A stretch of DNA of 64,000 bases from the NCBI GenBank assembly GCA_977030845.1, contig OZ365113.1, forward strand, positions 19,716,001 to 19,780,000. Direction: 5' to 3'. A program made the translations under genes and the position numbers. Under the pieces are notes generated by a model that saw nothing but the letters and a program-made list of their open reading frames with translations, searched no databases and was not told where the DNA came from. The stretch comes from Fimbriosthenelais zetlandica (lineage: Eukaryota). Shown here piece after piece: positions 1 through 13,736 of the stretch; within the stretch, counting starts at the first letter, position 1, and the number at the start of each line of letters is the position of its first letter.

Positions 1-115
1 TAAGAAGTTGGCAATTCAAGATTTTGGAAGAAGGAATTTTTGTGGAGCAGATCTTAACGTTATATCGAATTTTTATATCTGAATAATTAAATAAAATAAA
101 TGCCATTGAGTTTAC

Positions 116-340
116 CTGCACTGTCCTTATGTAGTTCTAGTAAGAAACCCTCCTGGATGTCGGGTTCACAGGCGCAGGGTGTCGGGCGAGACTTGAACCG
201 CTGACCGCGGAAATGAATGTGAAGAGTGAGGAATGAGCTGGGCTGTCCTGGTAAAGGTTCCCCATCCTGAATGTGCTCCAAGAACGCCCTGCCTCCCAGT
301 ACTTGGATGAAGAGGTATCTCCGGGAGGGGTCGATATTAG
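116..340 (-). CDS. CEP76: CEP76 coding exon 3 (C2-domain region); gene continues beyond the left edge
   Basis: tttcag acceptor; (A)NIDPSRRYLFIQVLGGRAFLEH...QRFKSRPTPCACEPDIQEGFLLELHK matches CEP76 NIDPTRRYLYLQVLGGKAFLEH...CACEPDF. 225 nt, GT donor at 115-114, phases consistent. Confidence 0.96.
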
Positions 341-575
341 CTGAAATGACAAGCAAATAGTTGGTTATTTTATTAAGAGTAAATTTTGTTATATACGGTA
401 TTTCATTAGTGAAAAAAGTGTATCATAGAGAAATATAGATCTAATGATATGATATGATATGATATGAACTCAATTTCTAGACAATTCTCGATAGATTATC
501 TATTATAGATACGGTAGCTCGATCTAATGAAAGATAATTAACTATTGATATGTGGGTTGTATGAAGGATGTTTAC

Positions 576-813
576 CAGTCATGGGTTGTCCTGTTTGTTG
601 GATTTTATCGTCTCTATCTATGAAGTGAGTGGCAGGCTTGGCGCGGGATTCCATACCACCAATACCTGAAGTAAACTGTAGCTGACTCATGATGTCATCC
701 ACCACACCTTTATCACGTAAAGCCTGCAGCATGTCCTGCTCTCTAAACGCCTGCTGCCCGCCTGTATGTGACGAATCTTTAATCACATCTTTTATGTGTG
801 TTTGTATGTTCAT
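576..813 (-). CDS. CEP76: CEP76 coding exon 2
   Basis: cctgcag acceptor before 813; MNIQTHIKDVI...DMLQALRDKGVVDDIMSQLQF resembles CEP76 (DLIKALRRRGIIDDVMKELNF). 238 nt, phase-1 GT donor at 575-574. Confidence 0.93.
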
Positions 814-1335
814 CTGCAGGAATAAAAGTAAAGTGTACCGGTATTAAAAAGTAAACTATTTTTATGGAATTAACTTAATAATTAAGGAGTCAAATATTTT
901 AGGACTGACGATGTCAATGCTGTTAGAAACATCTAGATACATGACACATGGGTTTCCATCCTGCACAGAACCTGAATAATCAGAAAATCCGCTCAGAATA
1001 TACCCTATTGATATAGCGGGAATCGTGCCCAGTCTTGTTTACAACGTGAAAAGCACCTATTATCGCCCACCGGTATTATACATTCTTTAGGAGAATCTGA
1101 CTTGTCAGTAATATTTTGACTCTTGCCACATCAAAATGGTATCCCATTTTGCCAGACAGATATCATTAGTGCTGAAAACATGTGCCAATATTGGACAAGC
1201 CGAATAAATTTAATGAAAACGCAGCATCCTGTCCGAGGTATCCCACCCTCAACAGTCAACACTTGCTGTCTTGCAGTTTGCTAGTCCGAGCACAATCACA
1301 TGAACCAAATAATCAAGTTTCTGCATTTTACTGAC

Positions 1336-1398
1336 CTGTGAAAGTTGTGAATGGATTATTTGCTTCAATTCCGATATCTTTTCGGGTGGAAGGGTCAT
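1336..1398 (-). CDS. CEP76: CEP76 coding exon 1 (MTLPPEKISELKQIIHSQLSQ)
   Basis: ATG at 1398, 21 codons, GT donor at 1335-1334. Closely matches the human CEP76 N-terminus MSLPPEKASELKQLIHQQLSK as I recall it. Confidence 0.95.
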
Positions 1399-1590
1399 CT
1401 TGTCGGCTTGAATCAACAAAATCCGCCGAGACGAGAGATTTGTTTTCTACCGCGCTGCAGAGGACGAGCTTCGATCCTTTCCGTTCATACGCTGAAAGAA
1501 TCCGTATTTTACAAAGCAGTAATTTGAGTAAAAGACAGATTTACGAAAATAGAAACGGCACTTTCCCGTCACACTCAAAGGAATGATTAA

Positions 1591-2007
1591 ACCAACGCCC
1601 TACCAACTAAGCTATCAAGACGGGTACCGGTACTATCCAAGCATGCACCCCACCCCTCATAAGCTTTATGTAATCCTAGGCCTGAAGACTCCAAACACGG
1701 AGGACCTACCCTGGCCACTAGAATGTGGCGTCATCTGACGGGAAACTACCGCAACTAGGCTAAACACCAGGTGGAAGTGCAGTCTACGTCCCTTTTGTAA
1801 CCCACCTGACCGGGAAGAAAAAGAACAACCGCGACTGAGACTCGAACTAGACACCTTCCGATTGGAAAGCCAACGCCCTACCAACTAAGCTATCAAGACG
1901 GGTACTATCGAAGCATGCACCCCACCCCTCATAAGCTTTATGTTACTATTGTAATCGTAGGCCTGAAGACTCCAAACACGAGGACCTTCCCTGGCCACTA
2001 GAATGTG
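1591..2007. repeat. Imperfect direct duplication (~139 bp; ~1591-1727 and ~1870-2007)
   Basis: ccaacgccctaccaactaagctatcaagacgggta...ctggccactagaatgtg occurs twice with small indels. It includes the 5' part of the tRNA-like sequence. Confidence 0.9.
1828..1899 (-). pseudogene. Degenerate tRNA-like sequence (tRNA pseudogene or SINE head)
   Basis: Minus strand GTCTTGA-TAGCTTAGTTGGTAGGGCG...GTTCGAGTC has A-box and B-box-like motifs at tRNA spacing (72 nt), followed by TTCTTTTT. Acceptor and anticodon stems do not pair properly. Confidence 0.5.
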
Positions 2008-3365
2008 CCGTACCACGACGCCACCCGCGGCAGAAGTGTGAACTATCGCTCAGTGCTAACTCTATGGAAAAAGGGTTTTCGCCCCTTTTATCAAATATTC
2101 AGCAGTTGCATAGCCTCAGACGCCATGTATGCAGGTTGATATACATTTTATCTATTCATATTTCGTATTTTGACTCCATCGAAGTGTATTTTCTCTCAGA
2201 CAACACTCGTTGTATTATACTCCTTTTCGTCAGTGCTATTCCAACGAGAACAAATTTTAGGCAACATTTATAAAACATTTAGCCATTTGTATACCTCCAA
2301 CTCTATGTCAGATTGTAGATACACTTTTAATCTATTGTCATCTTGGATTTTGACCTAATTGAACTGTAAGTAATGTCATAAATGGCTCCTGAGTGAGCTG
2401 ATAGTGCACCGTACCACGACGCCACCCGCGGCAGAAGTGTGAACTATCGCTCAGTGCTAACTCTATGGAAAAAGGGTTTTCGCCCCTTTTTATCAAATAT
2501 TCAGCAGTTGCCTAGCCCCAGACGCCATGTATGCAGGTTGATATACATTTTATCTATTCATATTTCGTATTTTGACTCCATCGAAGTGTATTTTCTCTCA
2601 GACAACACTCGTTGTATTATACTCCTTTTCGTCAGTGCTATTCCAACGAGAACAAATTTTAGGCAACATTTATAAAACATTTAGCCATTTGTATACCTCC
2701 AACTCTATGTCAGATTGTAGATACACTTTTAATCTATTGTCATCTTGGATTTTGACCTAATTGAACTGTAAGTAATGTCATAAATGGCTCCTGAGTGAGC
2801 TGATAGTGCACCGTACCACGACGCCACCCGCGGCAGAAGTGTGAACTATCGCTCAGTGCTAACTCTATGGAAAAAGGGTTTTCGCCCCTTTTTATCAAAT
2901 ATTCAGCAGTTGCCTAGCCCCAGACGCCATGTATGCAGGTTGATATACATTTTATCTATTCATATTTCGTATTTTGACTCCATCGAAGTGTATTTTCTCT
3001 CAGACAACACTCGTTGTATTATACTCCTTTTCGTCAGTGCTATTCCAACGAGAACAAATTTTAGGCAACATTTATAAAACATTTAGCCATTTGTATACCT
3101 CCAACTCTATGTCAGATTGTAGATACACTTTTAATCTATTGTCATCTTGGATTTTGACCTAATTGAACTGTAAGTAATGTCATAAATGGCTCCTGAGTGA
3201 GCTGATAGTGCACCGTACCACGACGCCACCCGCGGCAGAAGTGTGAACTATCGCTCAGTGCTAACTCTATGGAAAAAGGGTTTTCGCCCCTTTTTATCAA
3301 ATATTCAGCAGTTGCCTAGCCCCAGACGCCATGTATGCAGGTTGATATACATTTTATCTATTCAT
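2008..3365. repeat. Tandem array, 402-bp unit, ~3.4 copies
   Basis: Units begin ccgtaccacgacgccacccgcgg at 2008, 2409, 2811 and 3213. Copies 2 and 3 look identical; copy 1 has a few differences. The repeated ORFs in the track reflect this array. Confidence 0.97.
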
Positions 3366-6300
3366 TATTTCGTATTACCGTCTACTTCTACCGTCCGCTT
3401 GCCTCGCTTGACGGTCTATGGCCTGTAACCCCACCGCCGGCAAAACTGGGAACTAACGCTTGACCACGTGTAACAGACCCGTTACAACGGACCAAGATGG
3501 GGGCTATAAACAAAGTCGTGGGGCTTACAGACAAGTTAGCTTTGTTGATAGACATGTCTATGCTTTGTCCTCTTGGACGCGATAAACTCTCAATGCAAAT
3601 CTACGGACTGATTTAAATTTTGGCCCATTTAGGAGCTTTCTTTAATCTACAAACGTCGGCCGATGACGCCTCATTAACTTAGCATTGGGCGTTAGTTGCC
3701 ATTTTCGCCGTATATGTGGCGAGGGCGCCACCGGACGTAGGGGATATCTTGCGGTTTTACAATGATAAGATTATCCCACACATTAACGTTATATTGTCTC
3801 TCTTATGAACGGATAATATATAAACATGATCAAACGACAGCAAAAAGAATGCATAATATATAAACAATTTATTTAAATATTGATACAGTTAATAATATTT
3901 ACATTTTCTCCATGCTTCATGTGGTATTACATGTAAACATGGCGCCTGATACACATTTACTGCTATGCCTTAAAGAGTTTTCTAGTGCCCTATACGTCTC
4001 ATGTAATGCAGGTAGTCACATATGAATCTCCCTTATTCATCAAATACAGTTTTAGTTTTCTTATTTTCTTATAGACAACACTCTATTTTCCATTACCTCG
4101 TGTATGAATATGTAAGTACTCGTATCTTACCTCTCTTACTAGTATTGCATATATATTAATCGAGATTACATTGCATTCAAACCCTTAATCACTCGTACAT
4201 AACACCTTCAACAAAATAGCATACATGCAGCGACAGTTTATTATTTTTGGAATTCCGACCCTTAAACCATGACACAGTATTTCTCTGCGATTATAGTATA
4301 TTTCCAATTCATATTTTCCTACCAAGTGTTCATTACACTGCTCCAAGGACAAAGCATACAATGAGAGAGTATTGCTGTCTCAAGTCAATTAGATGAAAGT
4401 GAAACAATAATTCCAGGCATTTGTCGCGAACAGGAGCTATAGTACTATATTTAACTTATTAAAAGAATTTCACCTCAAGTCGTATACCATCCCAATCAGT
4501 GATATGGATTTCGTAGCATTCCACCTACAAGTCACAATGACTAAAGATAAAATTAATGCTGAACAGGTTTAAGATACCGGTAACAATTATTGATGAACTG
4601 TTTTACACTTTACATTTTTTTCCTTTCTTTCAGCAAAGTAGGCTATTTGCTAAACTGGATTGAGTAGGAAAGCCATGGAAATTAATTCTAAAGGCCATAA
4701 AACGCCAGGCAGTGGGAAAAATTAAGGTCCTACCTAAAATCGAACATTCATATATGAATATCATATATGCACGAATTCCCTTGTCTTTAGACAGTTCAGA
4801 AATGTCTTTAAAATGACCAAACATACAGGGTCTATGTTAAAATAATTCACATAGCTTTTAGATTATGAAGCTGGCGGCTATTGAAAAAATTATCAAATAA
4901 ATCTGAAGAAAGACAAATTGAATAGCAGGACCACTGTGACGTAAATGCTCCTCTCATACAAGTAAAAAATGCATTTTTCTGTTGGAAGTACTCATAGGGG
5001 TGAACATACCCATCTCCCCATGGACTTGATGAATGACTAAAATGCATATTCAGCAAGTGGGTATTGTAATAGCGAGCTGATAATTCTCTTCGTCATAATA
5101 ATGGTCATCCAAAAGACCAAATTTGCATAAATGGCGCGGATCCTGAACCAAATACTTCTACTGCGACCCAGAAAGTTCAGAAGACATGAACTAAAATTCA
5201 TAGCAAATAGTTTAGCATATGAGTGTGTCAAAAAGAACACAGGAGGTACCGTAATAATAGCAGACAATATAGTATTCTCAAATCATTCTAAAATAGAAGG
5301 TTCCACATAAAGGAAGGTAATATAATGTATGTTCATGACCAGGGCTAAGGTTTTCTATATATTATTCTGTAACCCCGACAACCAAATAACAATAGAGGTA
5401 GTATCCGATTCATAAATATTCCGTGTCCGTATATAAAATTAAAAGTATTATGCACTAGCTCATTTTTCCTCGTGGCTACATGTAACAAACATAAAACACA
5501 TGATGAATAATTCTATTGGTGATGGCTAAGCGATGATCATTTGATGAAATTTTGATTATATTTAGCACCAATCAAGAAACTGATAACTGTGACTATTGGG
5601 GGAAGATTGGCAATGTTTTACCTGAAAACATAAATAAAATATTTCCACAATGTTCGAGCCAAAAAATTGTACCTTATTCGTAGGCAAATCTCCCTTTTAA
5701 AAACAAAGAAAAAGCAGTCGGCTCAGCAGAAGATGGTGACATGAAGGTATTTTGTTTCCCTCAATTCAGAGGGATCTAAAATAAATATCAAAAATGGAAC
5801 CAAAAGGAAACATTTGCAACAATTCATAGCAATAAGACACACACATGTATACCGGTAATAATTCATACCTTTCTTCCAATAGCAATAACACAGCAGAACA
5901 GTTACCCTAACTCTTTTGAATGCTACCATCTGTCTAATTTATATTCTCTATGATATTACCTGTCTCCCAAATGCCAAGTATTTTTATCATTGTTATAACA
6001 GTCATGTCATAAAAAAGCTTAGAGAGCTATCACTGCTGAGGTACCTCTAATGACAGATCTACCTTTATGATATCATTCCCCAGATATACCGTTATAAAAT
6101 AATTAGATTAGTTTTAATTCATATCTGTAACCTATACATCTTCTAAACTCGAGCAATCCAACTCTCTGACTTGTATTCGATTTCATCGTTGAAACCACAG
6201 ATGATAAATATTACTAAGATAGGCGAATAAAATCTCTCCCACTCTCCTTTGTAAGAAAGGTTGATATTTCTATTATACTCCATCGGGCCTTCCAATTATT

Positions 6301-7192
6301 ACATAGTTATTTGTTGAGGTACATATTAATCATTTGTACTCTCGATAATTTCACACGGGATCTATTGGTGGACTGAGTGTATAATGAGAACGTATTCCTC
6401 TCTCTGGTATGAACGACTGACATTAGACAGGAACAGGCCCCATTACAGGACACAGTTTATGTGTTAACAAGCAAATAATCTGACACATAATACATCCAGC
6501 TAACAAAGAGGCATGTGTCCTCATATACGATTAGACCATATATACAGTGCCAATGTGAACCCATCACACAAAGTTTAACAGAGACTGGGGCTCAGCACAC
6601 CTTCCTACTGAGCCTCTGTTCTGTTAAGGTAAAATCCTCCTGGTGGACATTGATTGAAACACATCTTATGATAAATACACTATACATGCATACAGCTATA
6701 GAACCCTTGGTGCGGTCGTATTAAAACTGAAAGATTGCCTTTTTTTAGTTTAATCTCAGGTTAAAACACACAATGTGTTTGAGTCACACTGAAGAAGACA
6801 CAACAGGATGAAGTGTGTGAAATGTGCGGAGTTTGTGACTAAAACATTCAACAATTAACAACGTGTGCTCCTTATCATCCCCAGCCATGCACACCCTTCT
6901 ATATTACATGTCTTACTAGTATTCACAGGCTGGCTGTTAAACCAATAGTCGCAGCTCTACTACTATCAGTTCAATAGGTCAGCCCTCTTAGGCAAAATCT
7001 ACACTAAAGGCTAGGCCACACCTACCCCAGATTCATCAAAATCTACCATACGTAAAAATCACACATGATATATGCATATATGTATATATTACACATCAAG
7101 ATGTTCAGAAAATATACATATATGATATATATGTGATAAGAGTTGCCATACCCATTATTAAACCCCTTTTTTATAATATTCTCCTACACCTT

Positions 7193-7227
7193 GATCTCTT
7201 TCTCTTCCCTCTCTCTCTCTCTCTCTC
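7193..7227. repeat. (CT)n-rich microsatellite
   Basis: gatctctttctcttccctctctctctctctctctc read directly. Confidence 0.8.
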
Positions 7228-7558
7228 GTACCAGCTCCTAACTAATTGAACTGAAACAATAGGATGAGAGTTATAATTGAAAAACAATTAAAAAAAGAAG
7301 GTGCGGCCATATCAATCCTAGCTCAATCAAGGTATCATATTTCCTTCCAATCAGCATCATTGTCATCGTCAGACATGATGTGTAATTGATATTAAATACA
7401 CCAGTTAATCTTCAACATGGATGATGCGCAGACGTCATCTGAAACGGGCACTCCAGATGATGGCATTCAAGGAAGATTGAGAGGGATGATAGGGATTTTC
7501 TCCAGTAGGTGGCGCGATGAATTGGATTTGTGATGCTAGGTTGGTGTGAGTTAAGGTT

Positions 7559-7651
7559 TCATGCCAATAGCCCAAGGCGATGGACCTTGCCTGAGAGGAA
7601 CGTGTGAAGAATGAAAACTATGGGTTTGGGACTAGAATGCAAGTCCAACTC
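7559..7651 (-). CDS. SNTB1: Syntrophin terminal coding exon
   Basis: tttttcag acceptor; [30 protein letters not shown]-stop(TGA), the canonical syntrophin C-terminus. Confidence 0.95.
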   Translation of the reverse strand, partial: ELDLHSSPKPIVFILHTFLSGKVHRLGLLA

Positions 7652-8442
7652 CTGAAAAAGACAAAGTGGTATAAAGATCAGATTCATTTTACACAACCTT
7701 TATACAACCTTTAAACAATGAAGGGAAGCAGACATTAAGGTAATGAAGCAATCGCCAATGAAAAGACCATACAAAATGCTGTTCTTGTACAGGCCACCTG
7801 CTATCTTCTGGAAACAAATAATTTTATGGCTTTGCATACTGTTATAATAATTATAAAGAACTTCTATATAATATTATATTAGAGCAGGATATCAATGAAT
7901 ATCAATCAAGAATACATGTTTTAAAAACCATTTGCTGAATAAACAAGGGAAGTCTAAACAGTTGGCAGAAGCAAGAAAATCAAAACCAAGATGCTAATCG
8001 TGTAGAAAATTCAAGATAAATCATCAGGCATTTTCTCTCATCTCAAATTTGATAGCTTGATTTTAAGACGAAATAAGTCAAGAAAATCTTTGGCTATGCA
8101 AATTCACTGCCCACCTTATACCTAAACCCATTTTAAGCATTCATCAATAGTGTGTGAATTTTCATCACACAATTAATGAGTCAAAGTAAATACGAGCTGA
8201 GAGAAAAACCTGCATCATGAAAACAAAAGGTTTCGGATTTTCTTCAAAAACCAACTCCTGAAATGAAAATCAAAACATCTCATTAAATCTTATCTTTATG
8301 GCATTTCTAACAAAGAGAAACTAATACCCAGTAAAAACAAAATCCAGAAAGGCCAAACTAACTTGATAGGATGTGCCCAGAGATTTTTTTATATTTTTTC
8401 TCGATGAAACATAAAGGTGAAATGGGATAGTAAGAGACTGAC

Positions 8443-8636
8443 CTGTTCACCCTCTTCACCAAAGTCGAGCCACAACAACCGTATTCCATCATCTGCAGAC
8501 ATCCGTAACTTCTCGTAAGGATAATGCCAGAATATATGGTTCCTCCGGCCATCTTGTGTTCCTCGCATGTCAGTTAATGTGAAACCGTTGTCATAATGGA
8601 GCGTCAGCCTGGCATCCTGCCCCTGCCAGGTAGTAG
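8443..8636 (-). CDS. SNTB1: Syntrophin exon (syntrophin-unique domain)
   Basis: tatttcag acceptor; TTWQGQDARLTLHYDNGF...YPYEKLRMSADDGIRLLWLDFGEEGEQ. 194 nt, GT donor. Confidence 0.94.
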
Positions 8637-8886
8637 CTGAAATACAATGAGGATAACTGACTTTCTCCCATCACCTGGACTCTCAACTGGGCAAAGACAA
8701 GCAAGTTTTTCCCCCTCTGAGTAGAGTTTAAAATATCAGAGAAAAAGATACCTGGATTTTATTTAAGCTATCAGGTTTTTCTATAATTACATGTCTCCCA
8801 ATATTCCAACACAACATTAGTTTTTCGAAATAAAGTAAATGCATTCTGGGAAAGGATTCAGAAAATGAGAGTTTGGGTCGACTTAC

Positions 8887-9083
8887 CACAAGATACCTCC
8901 TTCACCATGACGGCTGCTGTATGAGCAGTTTGAACCATCGTCCGTGACCAGGAGGAGAGGTCTCTTTGTGTTTCTACCCGGAAGGTGTGAGCCTCAACAC
9001 CTTGCCTTGTACCTGACCGTGTGCCAAAAGTCAATACCTCAGCTCCTCCCAAGGCACACATCTGCTTACCAGAATGCACCAAT
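8887..9083 (-). CDS. SNTB1: Syntrophin exon (PH2)
   Basis: cttgcag acceptor; LVHSG...TFGTRSGTRQGVEAHTFRVETQRDLSSWSR matches SFATRTGTRQGIETHLFRAET. 197 nt, GTAAGT donor. Confidence 0.94.
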
Positions 9084-10456
9084 CTGCAAGAAACAATTAC
9101 GATAATGAAACCACAGGTACATATGGAGCTAATTGTTGTAATATTTATGCTCTTTTTGACTTGAGGAGGGGAAAATATTTATGATTTTATCCCATCTTGG
9201 GCTGAATAGAAAGGTTTTTTTAATGGTTACATCAAAGTTAGCAATGGATACTAGATGAGCATTTGTTATCAGCAGGAGCCTGCCTGTGAAGCCTTCAGGG
9301 ATTATGTAATTACTCAGGCCCAGATCGAGTTATCATTAAGAGGAGGAGGTAAGCAGGCAGCCGTCATGGACATGGCCATGAGTCCACACCAACTCTACCA
9401 CAGTGTCGGTCCAATTTAGCAGCACTTTATTTTCTATCCAAACTTGCTGCTGTTGTTGGTCACTACAGGAAGCAATGAGGCACCTCCTTCCGGTCCATTT
9501 GTGCCACCTAGTGGGCGCCACAAACAACAGGGTGCGAGGAAGCATATTGGAATGCCTGGAAGGACTGCTGTAGGGCAGAAAATGGCCGAATACATTCATG
9601 GATGTACAACAATGTCAGACGCTAACCTGATGGACTTGATCTAGACAAAAAACAATATCTGCTCTCTCGTCTGATGCAGCTCTAGGTTTTCTGATCTTCA
9701 AGTCCTTGTTTATAGAGAGCACATAGATACACACACAGAATATATTACCTAGAATTAAGCAGCTAAAACGGAACAACGAGACATTGCATAATGCGTTTTA
9801 AAATATTGTAATAAAATTTTAAGGCAAAGGGTCCAACATTTGCATGGGAAATTTAAGGTATAAACTGCAACATATCTGCCAGCATATATTTCAATCTTTT
9901 AATATTACCTAGTCGCATGTGCCATGCTATAGCCTACTAATGGCACAAACTATAAATACGCATAATCATGCTCACAGTGCATATATATATACACTCTCTC
10001 CCATCCATCATAAGATACATAAGAAGGCTGTAATATTCACAGACATCTACTGCCTGGAGAGACCGTGCCCTGATAGATTTTGCTCAGAGATAAGATTGGA
10101 ACGAGCATGTTTCAGTAGGTTAGGGGCCTTCCAGGGACCAATTGCTGGTCCCCCTGGAGCCCCCCTGGCCCCAGTGACAAGTGAATGTAACATGTGGGAT
10201 ATGAAATATTAATCACAGGTAGAGACGAAACAAAAGGAAGAGCCGAGCCACAGAAACAGTAGGAACAAACCAGGTTTTATGGAAGTATAGTCTTTAGAAG
10301 AATAATATTTTGAAATGAAATAAGCAACTGGAATTAAGTCACAGCAATCTCAGGAAAATCTTGAAAAATAGGAAGGAAATTTTCTTTCAATCAGAACCAA
10401 AAACTATAGCAGGACACATTAACATAGCAGCTGGATATGTATAAATTTCTACTGAC

Positions 10457-10602
10457 CTTGTGGCTAGTATGGCATGACTTGTGAGAGGCATGGACCATTC
10501 CTCTTTTGTCATCGGTACCGTTTCATATAGTAGTAGTTCCCGGTCTGTCAATACAGAAAACGTAGGCCGCCATCCACCAACATTCCCTTGCTCTGTTTGT
10601 AG
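10457..10602 (-). CDS. SNTB1: Syntrophin exon (PH2)
   Basis: ctattcag acceptor; LQTEQGNVGGWRPTFSVLTDRELLLYETVPMTKEEWSMPLTSHAILATR. 146 nt, phase-2 GT donor. Not shown in the ORF track. Confidence 0.92.
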
Positions 10603-13338
10603 CTGAATAGAAAGGAACTTGGGAATTATATTATCAACCTCTGAATATATATATAGATGAATGTACGCATCATGAAATACAGGTATATTGGGTTACATAA
10701 TACATAAATACAGAAAGCGAGACTGCCTTACAAGAGCTTTTAACTACAACAAAGTATTGAAGGAATAATACAAATGAGAAATTATTGGATTAAGCTTTGA
10801 TTTAGTTAGAGCAGATGTTCATTAGACTTATGAGGAAGATAGCTGTAGTCTGTTAGGCTCCTCCTCCCGATGTATTATCCTGTTAGTCTAAACTTGAAGT
10901 ATTAAAATTCAAGATATAGTTTAGTTCTTGCCAGATATAAAAATTGATTTCAAGTTCAATTTCAGATAACTCATTGCCCCAATATGCACATATATCCTCT
11001 CTATATTCTAATTCTAATCTGACTACAGATATAGTTAATTTGTACATATTTGTTTATTTCTATTGGTATTGGCATGCTCCTTGAAAAATGAATTTGGTAA
11101 AATATGGAAGGGAATAGTTAAATCTAAAGACAAAAGGGGGCTGTTTATGGAGGAAAAGAATCAAAATATTTAGAATAATAAATGCTGAGAAAAGGTACTG
11201 GGGAGTAGACTTGAGAAAGCTGATGTTTTATTGCAAATAACATGCATTAAACTTGAGCTGGGTAGGGGCCTCAATACTCTTATTAGATCCCTTAATAATA
11301 ACCTTACTGATTAATAATCTAGTAAAGAATAACAGATGTCATATTCTCCCCCAGCAAAACTCCATTATGACAGGTTCGTATACCATCAGCAAAATAAGAG
11401 TCAAGAAAATGAGTTTTAGGAGCATAAGAAGAAATGAAAAAGACGTGGACAGCAATGTATATGAAGACAAGTAATTGGTGAACAGCAACAAGTTGGCAGT
11501 CGTTGTCAAGACAGGAGAATAGAAGAAAGAACAAAGGTATAGTGAGAGAGATCAGAGACAAACCTTAAAATACAAATTGTTACTCAATCCATTCGGACAT
11601 AATCATTCAACCCAAGAAAAGTTATAAGGAAGACAGTGAAAATGAAAATGTGTCACGGGAGAGACAAAGGTACTGGTCGTAAAGAGGAAGACTGTAAGGT
11701 TACAGCATGGCTTATAAGGCAAGGGAATGTTTAAATTCTTAGGAGAGAGGGAATTAGTTGTTAGTTCAATTCATTTAAATCTTATAGAAAGTGTTCGGAT
11801 TCTGATGAGATACGCATGCACCATTCTTGACCTCTTAATAGGATAATGTTAGTCATTTTTCTCCTAAGTGATAATATTATGTTAAACGCTTATTGGAATT
11901 TAGAAATTTACGTCAACTATTTTCTTCAAACTTTCATGGGCGTAAATAATAAATGAATGTGACTCAATAATTCAGGTATGGAACAGAATAGTCAACCAAA
12001 TTAACTTGATATTCATAAGGGCACGAGACATTCCAAAAAGTTTTCTACCATATACAACGTGTTTCATCGTGATAAAATAAACAGTCATGAACTGGTGTTG
12101 TAAAATATATATATCCGATCGACAAAAGACCGCACCAAAAATGGTGAAAAAAAATATTAGAAAAAGATGACCTGTCTGCTATGATTACTCTCAAACTATC
12201 ACACTAGGGAAACTGGTTTTGTATAGATTTATTTTCTCAAATGAGACATTGCCTCCACCGCAAAAGTGTGTTATTTCTTACCTCATAAATTTCGTTCTCA
12301 TCCTGTTTGGGAAGAAAGGCAGACGGCAGGCTAGAGTACCACACATTCACTATAGCTATGGCAGGTATTTCTTATGGCAGGTCATTTCTTTTACCAAAGG
12401 CCAATGTAATCTGGAGTCCAATTATCTCTATATTGATTTCCATTATGAAAGCTTGGTCAACATCAAAGGAAGCAGTCTAGCAGCAATTTTTGCTAATGTC
12501 TTTGCTAAACTTTCCCAGACAAGTATAAATGACACATTGTTTCCTAACGTGCCATAAGAAACACACAGCATCTTTTGTTTTTATGCAGCTATAGGCTACA
12601 ATATCAAACACCATTATTAGACCCTTTTATCTAAATACGGATCTGTTTTACCCACGTTACGCTCGCCCTGCTTTGCAAAGTTTTTAGGTGTAAAATTAAA
12701 GAGAGAGGGAACAAATCCCAACGTTTGCCAATTTTTCCTGCAGCCAAAAATGTCAAAAGGTGAGTGGACAGATTACATTAAAATGACCTTTACTTCCGGA
12801 AGAGCCCCCCAGCGATCTCAAAATATTTCTATCAAAGGTTAGATCAAGCCCAATCTAATTAATACAAGGAAATCTAGGAGATCTGCACAGATTTTCAAAG
12901 GCATGATATGAATCCTGAATTTAAAGAATCATCCCAGGGATATTATTACTATATTGTTACACCATAGATTACATGTACGAGAGTAACGGAATCGGAAAAC
13001 AAATAAAATAAACTTTAAATTAAGAGCACAAGAAAACATAGTTTTGGTATTACTAATAGCACATAAAATTTTCATTGGAAGAGCCATTCAGACCCATTAC
13101 CAACATATGCTTGAAATTAAAAAGCATAGTAGGCCTACACTTATATAAACAGAGCAAATAATACCACAGACCCTAAAACATATTCATGGGCAATATGCTT
13201 GAAATTAAAACGGAAGGCAAACAATAAGCAATCAGAAGCGGTAACGTTTATAAATGAAGGCTGGAAATTAAAAGATAATAACGTCACACAGCTCTCATGG
13301 TATTATATGGAATTCCGGGTACGAGAGTTGATACTGAC

Positions 13339-13736
13339 CTGTTCGGCTAGCCATCCGATATTCTTGATTTCTGTGCTGTTACTTGGCACATTACTGAAAA
13401 CGACCATCAGTTCGCTTATAGCTTGTTGTGTCAACATATGAATGTTTGAATGTAAAGCATTAAACCACTGGGTGGCGATGTGTTCGTCAGGACATCGCAA
13501 AACACAAGAATGTTTCCCGTCCGGAGAGTATAGTTCTATCGTCCTTCTTTGAGGGTCCGGTACAGATAAGTTCCGACACAGATAACACAGTTTAAGGGGT
13601 ATAGTTTTCCTCTCTGACCAGCTGCTTTTACTGGTACCACTGCCATCTCGGGGTATTGTGTCTGTCCCTCCCCAGCCTACTTCACTCAAGGCCGAACTTT
13701 TCCTAAAGTAGGGGGTCACCTCTCGGAGATATTTCA
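13339..13736 (-). CDS. SNTB1: Alpha/beta-type syntrophin exon (end of PDZ, C-terminal half of PH1, start of PH2); most 5' syntrophin exon found in the window
   Basis: tttccag acceptor, phase 1; (V)KYLREVTPYF...KTIPLKLCYLCR...IELYSPDG...WFNALHSNI...IGWLAEQ matches beta-syntrophin. 398 nt, GT donor at 13338-13337. Paralog-level symbol is approximate. Confidence 0.93.

Noticed and set aside
1338-1586. 82-aa plus-strand ORF
   Set aside because: Antisense to CEP76 exon 1 and its promoter; no independent support.
2008-3365. CRISPR-like array
   Set aside because: Eukaryotic context, 402-bp identical units and no unique spacers.
2064-3428. Repeated 60-78 aa ORFs
   Set aside because: They are by-products of the 402-bp tandem repeat, with no protein-family features.
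4630-5267. Short minus-strand ORFs between CEP76 and syntrophin
   Set aside because: No recognisable domain or splice structure. Possibly a decayed TE, but unsupported.
9336-9644. ORFs within a syntrophin intron
   Set aside because: Flanking exons join in frame without them, and no family is recognised.
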